Source of the DNA: a virus
Taxonomy: Duplodnaviria; Caudoviricetes
DNA: 64,000 nucleotides
Strand: one strand, 5' to 3'
IMG/VR virus record: IMGVR_UViG_3300034356_001766
Coordinates: 712-64,711 of that record
Shown here: positions 18,621 to 27,865 of the stretch, piece by piece
How positions within the stretch are numbered: the stretch's first letter is position 1
Layout of the letters: the number at the start of each line of letters is the position of its first letter
Notes under the pieces: model-generated
What the model was told of the DNA's origin: nothing
Database searches by the model: none
The model's input: the letters and a program-made list of their open reading frames with translations, nothing else
Translations under genes and position numbers: made by a program

Positions 18621-20954
18621 ATGTCAATAGAAAAAAAGTACTACCTCGTCACCGATAAAGAGACTGTAAACCTCTTAATCCAGCACATCCAGGAATCAAA
18701 AGTAATCGCTTATGATACCGAGACTGACTCCCTCAATATGAGGAAAGGTCAGATTATAGGATTCTCCGTATCAGGGGATATCGGGATGGGGTTTTACCTA
18801 CCTACTATGGCCTGGAACCACCAGACCGGTACCCTAGATGAACTTAACATTGAAGGGGTACCTTGCCACTCTATAGCAAAAAAAATCTTACCTATGTTAA
18901 TCGGCAAGAAGCTTGTAATGCACAACGCATCGTTTGACTGCCGGTTTACTAAAAACTTTTACAAGGTTGACCTCCTGGAAAGTTTATGGGTAGATACTGC
19001 CTTACTAGTCCACACCGTCCAAGAGGAGGGAGCAGGGATGGGGGTATTCGGTCTTAAATCTCTAGCAATATCAGTACAGAATGAAATCGGACTCGACGTC
19101 GAAAAAGCTGCCAACGAAGAGCAGGTCCTACTCAAGGAATCTATTAAAGCCAATGGAGGTTCAGCTACTAAGGAAAACTACGAGATTTACAAAGCCGACA
19201 TGGAGCTTTTGGGTAAGTACGCTGCTGCTGATACCGACCTTACTCTTCGTCTGTGTAGTCATTTTATGGACGTTCTTCAACGAGAGGGTCTTGAAAAATT
19301 CTTCTTCGAAGACGAAGTAATGCCCCTCTACAAGGAGGTTACTATCCCGATGGAGGAGATGGGTGTTGACTTGAATATAGATTTGCTGCTTGAGACTAGG
19401 GATGAGATCTTAAAAGACTTAGCTGAGAATAAGCAGATCGTTCTCAAATCTCTGATAGGTACTAAGGCCGGCCAGGAATGGGTCGTAGACACTGCTCTAA
19501 ATGAGTTCCCACCCTCTAACAAAGGTACATGGGCACAGACACTAGCCGAGCGCTACTCCCTCTCTCTGCCTAAATCTGATAAGACTGGTAAGTTCTCTAT
19601 AACCAAAAAGACTTTAGAGGAGCTAGAAGATTCTCCTGCTAAGGAATACTTACTAACCGGGGATCTAAACCTCTTAGATACTATGGAGGCTATGAAGATA
19701 TCGATGTCTCTATGGAAGCAAAAGAACGACGGCGACTATGTTAACATTCAGTCTAAAAAGCACCTAGGAGAGATAGCATTTAAGTATATGAATATCCGGG
19801 CTAGGTCTCAGACCGCTAAAGGTCAGGACCAGTTCGATATGGATATGTTGGAGGATTTGTCTAAGACTCACTCCTGGGCCGAGAATCTCCGGGTGTATAA
19901 CAAGCTTCTTAAGATTAAGTCTACTTACATCGATCGATTTGTTGATAACGCCGAAGATGGGAAGTACTTCTTTTACTTCAAGCAGCACGGTACTGTCTCC
20001 GGCCGATACGGCTCCGACGCCCAGCAGCTACCCAAACCCAAGGAAGAGGGTGAGGACGTTCCAATTATCGTTAAGTACAATAACGCTGTTAGAGCTTTCT
20101 TGATAGCTGGAGAAGGAAGGAAGATAATCGATGCTGACTACGAGTCACTAGAACCTCACTGCTTTGCTTCAGTATCCGGGGATAGAGGTCTGCAAGATAT
20201 CTTTAATAATGGATGGGACTTCTACTCTACAGTCGCTATCAAAGCCGAGAAGCTAGAACTAGATAAAGTCAACTACCCTAATGGAGTTAGTCCGGATAAA
20301 AAATCTCCAGTCTACCTTAAGAAGATCGATCCCGTTAAAAGAAATAAAGCCAAGGCCTACTCGCTAGGAATCGCTTACGGTATGGAGGCTTACGCGTTAG
20401 GAAAGTCTTTGGATATAGATCAGAAAGCAGCCCAGATACTAGTTGACGGATACTTGGATGGGTTCCCTGAGCTTAAAGCCTGGAGGATCAACTCCCGGCA
20501 GCACGTCAAAGAACATGGCTCTATTAAGAATAAAGTAGGTCGGGTGAGGCACCTACCTAAAGTCCAGAGACTCTACCTTAAGTACGGAGATCAGATCATG
20601 GACTGGAGATATAGGAATGAGCTCGCCAATACTTACGGTAAGGAACAGGTCATGAGTATGTATAGGGATTATCGCAACGGACTTAATAACTGCCTGAACT
20701 ATCAGCTGCAGTCTCTAGCAGCGGCTGTTGTCAACCGAGCTGCTATCCAGATCAATCGGAAGTTAAAAGAGATGGGAATTGACGGACGAGTTCAGGCTCA
20801 AGTCCATGACCAGCTTATAATCAACGTTCCGGAACATCAGGCTGAGTTAGTAGCCCCTATCATAAAAGAGATCATGGAAAACACCACCCAGCTAGAAGGA
20901 GTAACTCTAAAAGCCCCTCCTGAGATTACCAATAATTGGAGGGATGGGCACTAA
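18621..20954 (+). CDS. polA: Family A DNA polymerase with 3'-5' exonuclease domain
   Basis: Exonuclease motifs DTET, HNASFD and YAAAD; polymerase motifs TVSGR, DYESLE, KAYSLGIAYG and VHDQ. Confidence 0.95.
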   Translation: MSIEKKYYLVTDKETVNLLIQHIQESKVIAYDTETDSLNMRKGQIIGFSVSGDIGMGFYLPTMAWNHQTGTLDELNIEGVPCHSIAKKILPMLIGKKLVMHNASFDCRFTKNFYKVDLLESLWVDTALLVHTVQEEGAGMGVFGLKSLAISVQNEIGLDVEKAANEEQVLLKESIKANGGSATKENYEIYKADMELLGKYAAADTDLTLRLCSHFMDVLQREGLEKFFFEDEVMPLYKEVTIPMEEMGVDLNIDLLLETRDEILKDLAENKQIVLKSLIGTKAGQEWVVDTALNEFPPSNKGTWAQTLAERYSLSLPKSDKTGKFSITKKTLEELEDSPAKEYLLTGDLNLLDTMEAMKISMSLWKQKNDGDYVNIQSKKHLGEIAFKYMNIRARSQTAKGQDQFDMDMLEDLSKTHSWAENLRVYNKLLKIKSTYIDRFVDNAEDGKYFFYFKQHGTVSGRYGSDAQQLPKPKEEGEDVPIIVKYNNAVRAFLIAGEGRKIIDADYESLEPHCFASVSGDRGLQDIFNNGWDFYSTVAIKAEKLELDKVNYPNGVSPDKKSPVYLKKIDPVKRNKAKAYSLGIAYGMEAYALGKSLDIDQKAAQILVDGYLDGFPELKAWRINSRQHVKEHGSIKNKVGRVRHLPKVQRLYLKYGDQIMDWRYRNELANTYGKEQVMSMYRDYRNGLNNCLNYQLQSLAAAVVNRAAIQINRKLKEMGIDGRVQAQVHDQLIINVPEHQAELVAPIIKEIMENTTQLEGVTLKAPPEITNNWRDGH

Positions 20955-21063
20955 AATAAAAAGTTTATATATTTATATAAAAGAGCAGGGGACCGCTCTA
21001 AACGACTCACCGATTGGGAGTCAGGTTATGTTAAATTATTAATTAAAAATAGATCTTAGGACT

Positions 21064-21501
21064 ATGACACACATCAAGTACACCCCGTGGACTGTAGATT
21101 ATACATCCACATTCGATATCCTTTTTAAGGATTTCTTTAACACAAACTCAACGTTTGTATCCCCGATCGATCAAAAGATCGGACATCCAGTAGATATTTA
21201 TGAAAATGAAAAAGGGTTATTCTTCGAGATCGCCGCTACCGGCCTCTCGAAACAAGATACCAAAATCTCCATTGAAGGTGACGTCCTTCGAATTATTCAC
21301 GATAAAGTGGAAGAGCAGATCGATAAGACTAAAGTTCGTTATTACAACAAAGGACTTAGTAAGCGATCGTTCAATCTAGGTTATAAAATCGCCCGTCGAT
21401 TTGATTTGAGCACCATTGATGCCCAGATGAAAGACGGATTACTAACTATTTCAATCTCTCATGCTGAAGGCAATAAGCCTCACGAAGTAAAGATTAAATA
21501 G
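21064..21501 (+). CDS. Small heat-shock protein (Hsp20/alpha-crystallin)
   Basis: PVDIYE, GLSKRSF and AQMKDGLLTI motifs. Confidence 0.92.
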   Translation: MTHIKYTPWTVDYTSTFDILFKDFFNTNSTFVSPIDQKIGHPVDIYENEKGLFFEIAATGLSKQDTKISIEGDVLRIIHDKVEEQIDKTKVRYYNKGLSKRSFNLGYKIARRFDLSTIDAQMKDGLLTISISHAEGNKPHEVKIK

Positions 21502-21559
21502 AGTTGCATTTGGTCCCCTGCAATTTTTTTCGTATCTTTAAGTATTAATCAATATAGTT

Positions 21560-21841
21560 ATGACAAGAGGAAAAAAAGTTGGGCATATTAAGCCGCAAAT
21601 TACCATTAAGGATGAGATGATCAATCCTTACTACGTTAGTGTAGATGAGAATCAATTCACCGTTCAGATCGAAGGTTCTACTCTCCCGTTAGGGTACTAC
21701 AGTACTCTGGAAGTAGCTATCAAACGTATCGCAAAATATAAGCTTGTAGAGAATCTTAATCAGTCTACTGTTGACTTGAACAGCTTCCTTAAGGCTTACG
21801 ATTCCATTCTAAGTCAAATCAATAACAGAATCCCAGTATGA
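21560..21841 (+). CDS. Hypothetical protein
   Basis: ORF after promoter TTTG(21509)-N20-TATCTTTA(21533). Confidence 0.65.
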   Translation: MTRGKKVGHIKPQITIKDEMINPYYVSVDENQFTVQIEGSTLPLGYYSTLEVAIKRIAKYKLVENLNQSTVDLNSFLKAYDSILSQINNRIPV

Positions 21842-22134
21842 AAAAATTAATTCCGCTCAATGATCGGATAGTTGTAAAACCTATCGAGCAGTCCGAGCAG
21901 ATGTACGGCAATATTATTATTGCTGATATGGGCAGAGAGCGCCCGGAGATGGGTGAAGTCATCGCAGTAGGCCCTGGCCGGATGTCCGAATACGGCAAAT
22001 TCATTCCCGTCAACGTTAATGTTGGGGATGTGGTGCTGCTGCCTAAGATCGGAACTATCCGAGTAGAGTTCGACGGTGAGGAATACTACATCGGTCAATC
22101 AAGAGAAATCCTTTGTAAAGTAACAGAAAAATGA
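21838..22134 (+). CDS. groES: Co-chaperonin GroES
   Basis: PLNDRIVV, GEVIAVGPG and VGDVVL motifs. Confidence 0.95.
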   Translation: MKKLIPLNDRIVVKPIEQSEQMYGNIIIADMGRERPEMGEVIAVGPGRMSEYGKFIPVNVNVGDVVLLPKIGTIRVEFDGEEYYIGQSREILCKVTEK

Positions 22135-23765
22135 GTAAGAGAGTAGAATTTTCAAATCAAGCACGCCTGAGGCTCCTAGCAGGAGTTGAGCAGCTTGCCA
22201 ACGCAGTAACTTCGACATTAGGTCCTAACGGCCGGAATGTCATCATCGAACAATCAGCCGGTAACCCGACCTCAACCAAGGACGGTGTGACGGTTGCTAA
22301 GGCGATGGAGCTAGAAGATACTATCGAGAATATGGGCGCCCAGCTGGTAAAGCAAGCATCCATTAAGACCGCTGACGGAGCCGGGGACGGTACTACTACC
22401 TCAACCCTTCTAGCGTATGAGATCTATAGAGAGGGTTTAGAGTATCTGGACTTACATAACGCCGTTGATATCAGCCGAGGAGTGGCCAAGGCTACTAAAG
22501 GAGTGGTGGAGTATCTGGAGAAGCAGGCCCGCGAAATCACTGACGAGAATCAGCTAAGACAGGTAGCTACTATCTCAGCCAACAACGACCCAGAGGTCGG
22601 AGAGCTGATTGCTGCTGCAATGGATAAGGTAGGCCGGGATGGAGTCGTTACTATTGAAGAGTCAAGGACGGGTGAGACCTATCTAGAGACTGTTGAGGGT
22701 ATGCAATTCAATAGAGGTTACAAGTCGATATACTTTGTTACCGATAACAATAGCATGACTGCAGCTCTGACTAATCCACTGGTGCTGATAACGGATAAAA
22801 AGGTTACCGCTGCTAAAGAGCTGCTACCTATACTAGAGGCTTGCTCGGCACAGAACAAGGCTCTGCTTATTATCGCCGATGACATCGACGGAGAGGCTTT
22901 ATCAACGCTGGTGGTTAACAAGATGAGAGGTATCTTGCAGGTAGTGGCTGTGAAGGCTCCTGAGTTCGGAGATCGTAAAAAAGCTATCCTTGAGGATATC
23001 GCTACACTGACCGGCGGTCAAGTAGTATCAGCCGAGAAAGGAATGAGACTTGAGAAGTTCAACACCGACTGGCTAGGTTCAGCCCGGAAAGTTACCATCG
23101 GAAAAGAAGAGACTACAATCGTTGACGGTAAAGGTACTTCAGAAGCTATCCAGGAACGGGTTGAAGAGATCAAAGCTATGATCGATAACTCAAAGTCACC
23201 TTTCGAGAAAGAGTCTTTGCAGGACCGGTTAGGTAGGCTGATAGGCGGGGTAGCGATCGTTTACGTAGGAGGTCAATCTGAACTAGAGATGAAAGAGAAA
23301 AAAGATAGGGTAGAGGATGCACTGCATGCCACTAAGGCAGCCCTACAGGAAGGCATTTTGCCAGGTGGAGGTATCGCACTGCTTAACGCCGGACGCTTCC
23401 TGGAGTCAAATAAAGGTGATATGCATTTCGCTAACACCTCTACTGAGGTCGGATACAATATCCTTCTGCAGGCCATCAATAAGCCCTTCTTTAAGATCCT
23501 GACCAATGCCGGGTATAGCGCCGAGTACTGTGACGGCATCAAGGCTAAGGTTCTTGACACGGGTAATCCCTGGCAAGGTTTTAATCTACGGACTGAAGAG
23601 TACGTTGATATGTTTGAGGAAGGTATTATCGATCCTGCCAAGGTAACACGCCTGGCATTAGAAAATGCAGCTTCAATTGCAGGTACTATGCTTACAACCG
23701 AATGCGTTATAAGCAACCTAAAAGAGAAGAGCAACGACCCTATGGATTTTAATTCAATGATGTAA
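22131..23765 (+). CDS. groEL: Chaperonin GroEL
   Basis: TLGPNGRN, TKDGVTVA, GDGTTT, GMQFNRGY and IIDPAKV motifs. Confidence 0.98.
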   Translation: MSKRVEFSNQARLRLLAGVEQLANAVTSTLGPNGRNVIIEQSAGNPTSTKDGVTVAKAMELEDTIENMGAQLVKQASIKTADGAGDGTTTSTLLAYEIYREGLEYLDLHNAVDISRGVAKATKGVVEYLEKQAREITDENQLRQVATISANNDPEVGELIAAAMDKVGRDGVVTIEESRTGETYLETVEGMQFNRGYKSIYFVTDNNSMTAALTNPLVLITDKKVTAAKELLPILEACSAQNKALLIIADDIDGEALSTLVVNKMRGILQVVAVKAPEFGDRKKAILEDIATLTGGQVVSAEKGMRLEKFNTDWLGSARKVTIGKEETTIVDGKGTSEAIQERVEEIKAMIDNSKSPFEKESLQDRLGRLIGGVAIVYVGGQSELEMKEKKDRVEDALHATKAALQEGILPGGGIALLNAGRFLESNKGDMHFANTSTEVGYNILLQAINKPFFKILTNAGYSAEYCDGIKAKVLDTGNPWQGFNLRTEEYVDMFEEGIIDPAKVTRLALENAASIAGTMLTTECVISNLKEKSNDPMDFNSMM

Positions 23766-24361
23766 TGAGCAAAGTTTCAAGCAAAGCCCGGTACGAGGCA
23801 TTCCAGGAATGGTATAAGTGGGCGTCCAATCGCTACGCTTCTTTAAGAAAGAAAAGACGCCCTGACTCCCAGGACGGTAACTCCAACACTCCTCAGCGAT
23901 GAAGTTCAAGCCCGGTGATACAGTCAAGGTTCTAGATCCTAGAATCAGCCTCACACTATGTAAGGTAGTTGAGATAAAAGGAGAGGTAATAATGATTGAA
24001 GATACTTCAGGAGCAATCCACGAAGTATTTGCCGACCAGCTTCACAAGCAGTTACTATTTGGGTAGAACTCTTCTTAGCAGCTTTAGATCTCCGGGGCTA
24101 TTTATCTTAGTACTATCTCTAGTTTAATTTTGTCTTACTAAAAATGGATCTTAATCGGATTGAAGAACTAGGGTTCTTAGCTCATAAGGAAGGTTTTTTC
24201 ACTCAATGGCAGGACACTGCCTCGCGTTATCTAAAGCGAGAGAACTACCAAGATTCTACTGAAGCCTACGAACAAGCCTACGCTAAGTATTCTCAGACAG
24301 TTGGGTCTGATTGAAGGAGTTACTTTATAGAAAAATTATCAGTTTTAATAAAAATAGCAGT

Positions 24362-24694
24362 ATGGAACAAAATACAGGATTTCAAAAACTTTTAATTTCT
24401 ATGATGACAAGAAGGTGGTTAATCACCCTGATTGTCTTGGTTACTTTTATGTTTACTACCTTCGGAATACTAATCTCTATTCATGTAGAAACGGTTGTAG
24501 GTCAGGAGTGGAAAGAACTTTTACTTTTGCTCCTGGGAGCCTTCATCGGTTCCTATGGGAAAATTATCGATTACTGGTTCTCGGATACTGATAAAGATAA
24601 GATGTTAGTACAGAAGATGGACGAAGAAGACGGTGTAACTCTTTCCAATACAGGAGGCTCAGCCGAACCTTTAAATAGCAGCGAGGAAGAATAA
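24362..24694 (+). CDS. Two-TM membrane protein with acidic tail
   Basis: Two hydrophobic helices, KIIDYWF motif. Confidence 0.7.
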   Translation: MEQNTGFQKLLISMMTRRWLITLIVLVTFMFTTFGILISIHVETVVGQEWKELLLLLLGAFIGSYGKIIDYWFSDTDKDKMLVQKMDEEDGVTLSNTGGSAEPLNSSEEE

Positions 24695-24900
24695 TGTCTT
24701 CAATGCCATGCCCTGCCTGTAAGCACCCATTAGGGTTGACTTTAGAGTTTATATCCAAGCACCCAATGTCAATGTGTCCTAATTGCCAGACTATGTTTAA
24801 TTTTGAAGTCGGTGATGAAATTAAAGAATCACTAGCTAGCGCACTATCTGATATAAATAAAATTAAAAAACAGTATAAAGGGACGGTTAAGTTTAAGTAG
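24694..24900 (+). CDS. Small zinc-ribbon protein
   Basis: CPAC...CPNC. Confidence 0.7.
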   Translation: MSSMPCPACKHPLGLTLEFISKHPMSMCPNCQTMFNFEVGDEIKESLASALSDINKIKKQYKGTVKFK

Positions 24901-24987
24901 ATTTAACAACCTTACTATTGCTTGATACTAGTTATATACATAAAACGGTTATACTAAAACTAAATAACAATATAAAAAAATAAAAAT

Positions 24988-25593
24988 ATGGCTTCAGATA
25001 TCTCAGCCCAATTTACCGGTTTACCAATAGAGGATTTAATTGTATCTCCTATCATTGGTATGGCAAAGGGGCAAGCAAAATTAAACGATGTAACATGGCA
25101 GTACATCAACCAAGTCGCATTCGTAACTGACGAAAAAACAAAAGCTGTAACAGCTCGTTCTTTAGATGTACAGATGCAAAGAGTAATGACTGACCCCGAC
25201 ACCGGTGCGCAGGAATTAAAGACACTATACTCTAAAGTACCAATGTTACCATTAGTACCTCTTCCAGCTCTAGCTATCACATCAGCTGACATTGAGTTCA
25301 CTATGGAAGTAAAAACTTCTGAAGTAAACAAAGACTCAGTAGATGCTAAGTCTAGCTTTGAAGCAACAGTTGGTGGTGGGTTCTGGGGTATGAAATACTC
25401 TGCTACAATGGCAGGTAGTGTTGCAACTCACAAAGAAAACACTCGCTCAAGCGACAACTCAGCTAAGTACAATGTAAAGGTTCACGCCGAGCAGTTGCCA
25501 CCAACTGAAGGTATGTTGAAGCTATCTGACTACCTAACTCAGATGCTAGAGCCATCTTTGATCCCATTCGGAGAAGGTACTGCAGCTAAGTAA
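24988..25593 (+). CDS. DUF2589-family protein
   Basis: FTGLPIEDLIVSPI..AKGQ, VPMLPLVPLP.L.I...IEFTMEV and SAKYNVKVHAEQ...EGM patterns. Confidence 0.8.
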   Translation: MASDISAQFTGLPIEDLIVSPIIGMAKGQAKLNDVTWQYINQVAFVTDEKTKAVTARSLDVQMQRVMTDPDTGAQELKTLYSKVPMLPLVPLPALAITSADIEFTMEVKTSEVNKDSVDAKSSFEATVGGGFWGMKYSATMAGSVATHKENTRSSDNSAKYNVKVHAEQLPPTEGMLKLSDYLTQMLEPSLIPFGEGTAAK

Positions 25594-25618
25594 TAAATAA
25601 AATAAAAGAGGTTATAAA

Positions 25619-26083
25619 ATGTCAAGATTAAATGTAGAGGAACTAGTTGGCGGTCTGTTAGAGGCCGCCATGGTTTCTCAAGGTATAAGTGAAAGGCAGC
25701 ATATCAATGCTCTCCGGAACTATTTCAATGAAGACGGTACACCCAAAACCACCACCTTTACTATAGGTGAGAAGGAATTGGTTGTACCTCTTTATATTTT
25801 AGCAGATCACTCATCCATTGGATTAGAAGAATTAGATATCGAGTTCTCCTGTAGACTTATATTTGGTGATGAGGAAAGAGAGGTTTCCAATCTTAAGAAG
25901 TCTCTGCTAGGGTTATTCAAGAAAAAAGGTTATGAGCACAATATCAAAGGTATTGAAGTTGATTCTGGATTTAATCCAAATGAAACAGGTATAGCTAAGA
26001 TAAAGGTTAAGTTTAAGGCCGATGAAAAACCTGAAGCGGTTAGTAGGTTGGTTGACGAGTATATAAAATTGCTAGCTAGCTAA
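25619..26083 (+). CDS. Second DUF2589-like protein
   Basis: VPLYILADHSSIGLEELDIEF and KVKFK...PEAVSRL resemble the upstream gene. Confidence 0.7.
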   Translation: MSRLNVEELVGGLLEAAMVSQGISERQHINALRNYFNEDGTPKTTTFTIGEKELVVPLYILADHSSIGLEELDIEFSCRLIFGDEEREVSNLKKSLLGLFKKKGYEHNIKGIEVDSGFNPNETGIAKIKVKFKADEKPEAVSRLVDEYIKLLAS

Positions 26084-26338
26084 GAAATAACTATTTGGAT
26101 TTAAGTAAATAGTTTCGTATCTTTAGATATATGAAACGTTATAAGGTTATATGATTAGGGTAAGGATTGAGAGACGAGGCAGGAGACTACTCGCCGTCAT
26201 AGGTACTGCTCTTTTACTTGGCGCAACATTTTTCACTCACAGTCTTCTATCGTACTTCCTAGGTAGCGTTTGCTTTGGTCTAATCTTCAGACAAATGATT
26301 GAAGATAAATTAACAAAGAAATGATTTAACATTAGCAT

Positions 26339-26412
26339 GGTCCGGTAGCTCAGCTGGATAGAGCATCGCACTTCTAATGCGACGGTCGAAGGTTCGAATC
26401 CTTTCCGGATCA
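26339..26412 (+). tRNA. tRNA-Arg (TCT)
   Basis: Acceptor GGTCCGG/CCGGATC, anticodon arm TCGCA-CTTCTAA-TGCGA, T-loop GGTTCGAATCC; no encoded CCA. Confidence 0.95.
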
Positions 26413-26433
26413 CTACATCCCCAATTTTAACAC

Positions 26434-26507
26434 GCGCCTTTAGCTCAGTCGGTTAGAGCAAGAGACTCATAATTTCTTGGCCGGGGGTTCGAGCCCCTCA
26501 AGGCGCA
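26434..26507 (+). tRNA. tRNA with CAT anticodon (elongator Met or Ile2)
   Basis: Acceptor GCGCCTT/AAGGCGC, anticodon loop CTCATAA, T-loop GGTTCGAGCCC. Confidence 0.9.
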
Positions 26508-26784
26508 CTAATTTTAAATCCGTTTTTTATGACTAAGTTCGAAAAAAGCTTCTACATCCTTCTGTTTGTGCTCTTTGGGGCAGCACTTGGATTCAATATC
26601 GTTGAAAAAGATTACTCGGAAGGGGTCTGGGTGATGATTGCTATCATCTGGATGTACAACTCCTACAACCTTGCCAACAAGTTAATGAAATAAAAGTTGG
26701 TTTATAGGATATAAGTTCCTATATTTATAACTTGAAGAGACCCAGACGTGTGCTTTATTTTTGTTTAATTTAATTCTTTTTTTT

Positions 26785-26952
26785 ATGAAGAAGTTTTTTG
26801 CAGCGATTGCTCTTGTTACTTTGGTAGCAGCTTGCAACACCGCCACCGAAGAAGCTGTCGTAGTAGAGGGCGCAACTGACACTACAGTTGCTACCGACAC
26901 TCTTGCAGTAGAAGAGGTATCAGCAGAAGGTGTCGAGGCAGCAGCTGAATAA
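26785..26952 (+). CDS. Small acidic Ala/Thr/Glu-rich lipoprotein
   Basis: MKKFFAAIALVTLVAAC lipobox; promoter GTTG(26696)-N20-TATATTTA(26720). Confidence 0.75.
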   Translation: MKKFFAAIALVTLVAACNTATEEAVVVEGATDTTVATDTLAVEEVSAEGVEAAAE

Positions 26953-26972
26953 GCTAGCCCTGATCCGATAAT

Positions 26973-27051
26973 AGGAGGGCACAGCAGCATCTGCAACCCA
27001 GAAGTGGAGTCAAAAGCCAAGCCGGTGGAAGCCCGGGCCACTTGCCCTCCT
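26973..27051 (+). ncRNA. Candidate structured ncRNA before tRNA-Thr
   Basis: Closing stem AGGAGGGCA/TGCCCTCCT, inner stem AAGTGG/CCACTT, hairpin CCGG-TGGAAGC-CCGG. Confidence 0.45.
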
Positions 27052-27063
27052 TCCGTTATATTA

Positions 27064-27136
27064 GCCTCCTTAGCTCAGTTGGTAGAGCCACTGATTTGTA
27101 ATCAGTAGGTCGTTGGTTCGAGTCCGACAGGAGGCT
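27064..27136 (+). tRNA. tRNA-Thr (TGT)
   Basis: Acceptor GCCTCCT/AGGAGGC, anticodon arm ACTGA-TTTGTAA-TCAGT, T-loop GGTTCGAGTCC. Confidence 0.95.
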
Positions 27137-27166
27137 CTAAAATTATTAACTTACGTTGATCATAGC

Positions 27167-27865
27167 ATGAAGTTATTTATACCTCTTATATGTTACAATC
27201 ATACCGCTAATACTGAGTGGATGATGTCGACTATGAAGCTCCTAAACTTTGTAAAGGAGCAGCAACTAGCAGTTACCTTCTACCCTATTTTTTTTGATAG
27301 CTTAATCTCAAGAGCTCGTAATGCAGCCGCTGCTCACTTCCTTCAAGATAGTGACGCTACCCATCTCCTGTTTATTGACTCCGATATCATATACGAACCT
27401 GAGGATGTTGTAAAACTTATCCAAGCTGATAAGGAAGTAATAGGGGGGATGTATCCTAAAAAGTATATTAAGTGGGATCATATTAGGAAGAATCCAACAG
27501 CAGAGAAAGTAGACTTCCCAGTAGGTACTAGTCAAATTAACCCTGAAGGCTTTATCGAAACGATATATGCCCCTACTGGCTTTCTACTCATTGCCAGGAC
27601 AGCTATTGAAAAGCTTATAGAAAAAAATCCTGACTTGGGTTATAAGAACGATATAGACGGCTACGGACCAGGAGACAATTTCTACAACTTATTCAACGTA
27701 GGTGTTAGGAACGGTATTTATGAAAGCGAGGATTGGGGGTTTAGCTCTCTCTGGAGAGAGGCCGGAGGTACAGTCTACATCCACCCTGATATAAATGTCA
27801 AGCATGTTGGGTGGCATGAGTACGAAGGAGATTTAAAAAAATACTTATTAGAAAATAAAAGATGA
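27167..27865 (+). CDS. GT-A-fold glycosyltransferase-like protein
   Basis: SLISRARN, THLLFIDSD, TGFLLI and SEDWGF motifs; start moved downstream of the tRNA. Confidence 0.8.
   Translation: MKLFIPLICYNHTANTEWMMSTMKLLNFVKEQQLAVTFYPIFFDSLISRARNAAAAHFLQDSDATHLLFIDSDIIYEPEDVVKLIQADKEVIGGMYPKKYIKWDHIRKNPTAEKVDFPVGTSQINPEGFIETIYAPTGFLLIARTAIEKLIEKNPDLGYKNDIDGYGPGDNFYNLFNVGVRNGIYESEDWGFSSLWREAGGTVYIHPDINVKHVGWHEYEGDLKKYLLENKR

Noticed and set aside
7157-20954. Introns or inteins in thyA, queC or polA
   Set aside because: ORFs are continuous, insertions are short and no intein splice motifs or homing endonuclease are visible
21819-23954. Minus-strand ORFs over groES/groEL, and similar ones over polA and the glycan genes
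   Set aside because: Antisense shadows of well-supported plus-strand genes with no promoter or domain evidence
26413-26433. tRNA-associated theta/HDV-like ribozyme
   Set aside because: The tRNA trailers are short and AT-rich with no nested double-pseudoknot pairing visible
27113-27166. ORF-track start of the glycosyltransferase at 27113
   Set aside because: It overlaps tRNA-Thr; ATG 27167 is the plausible start
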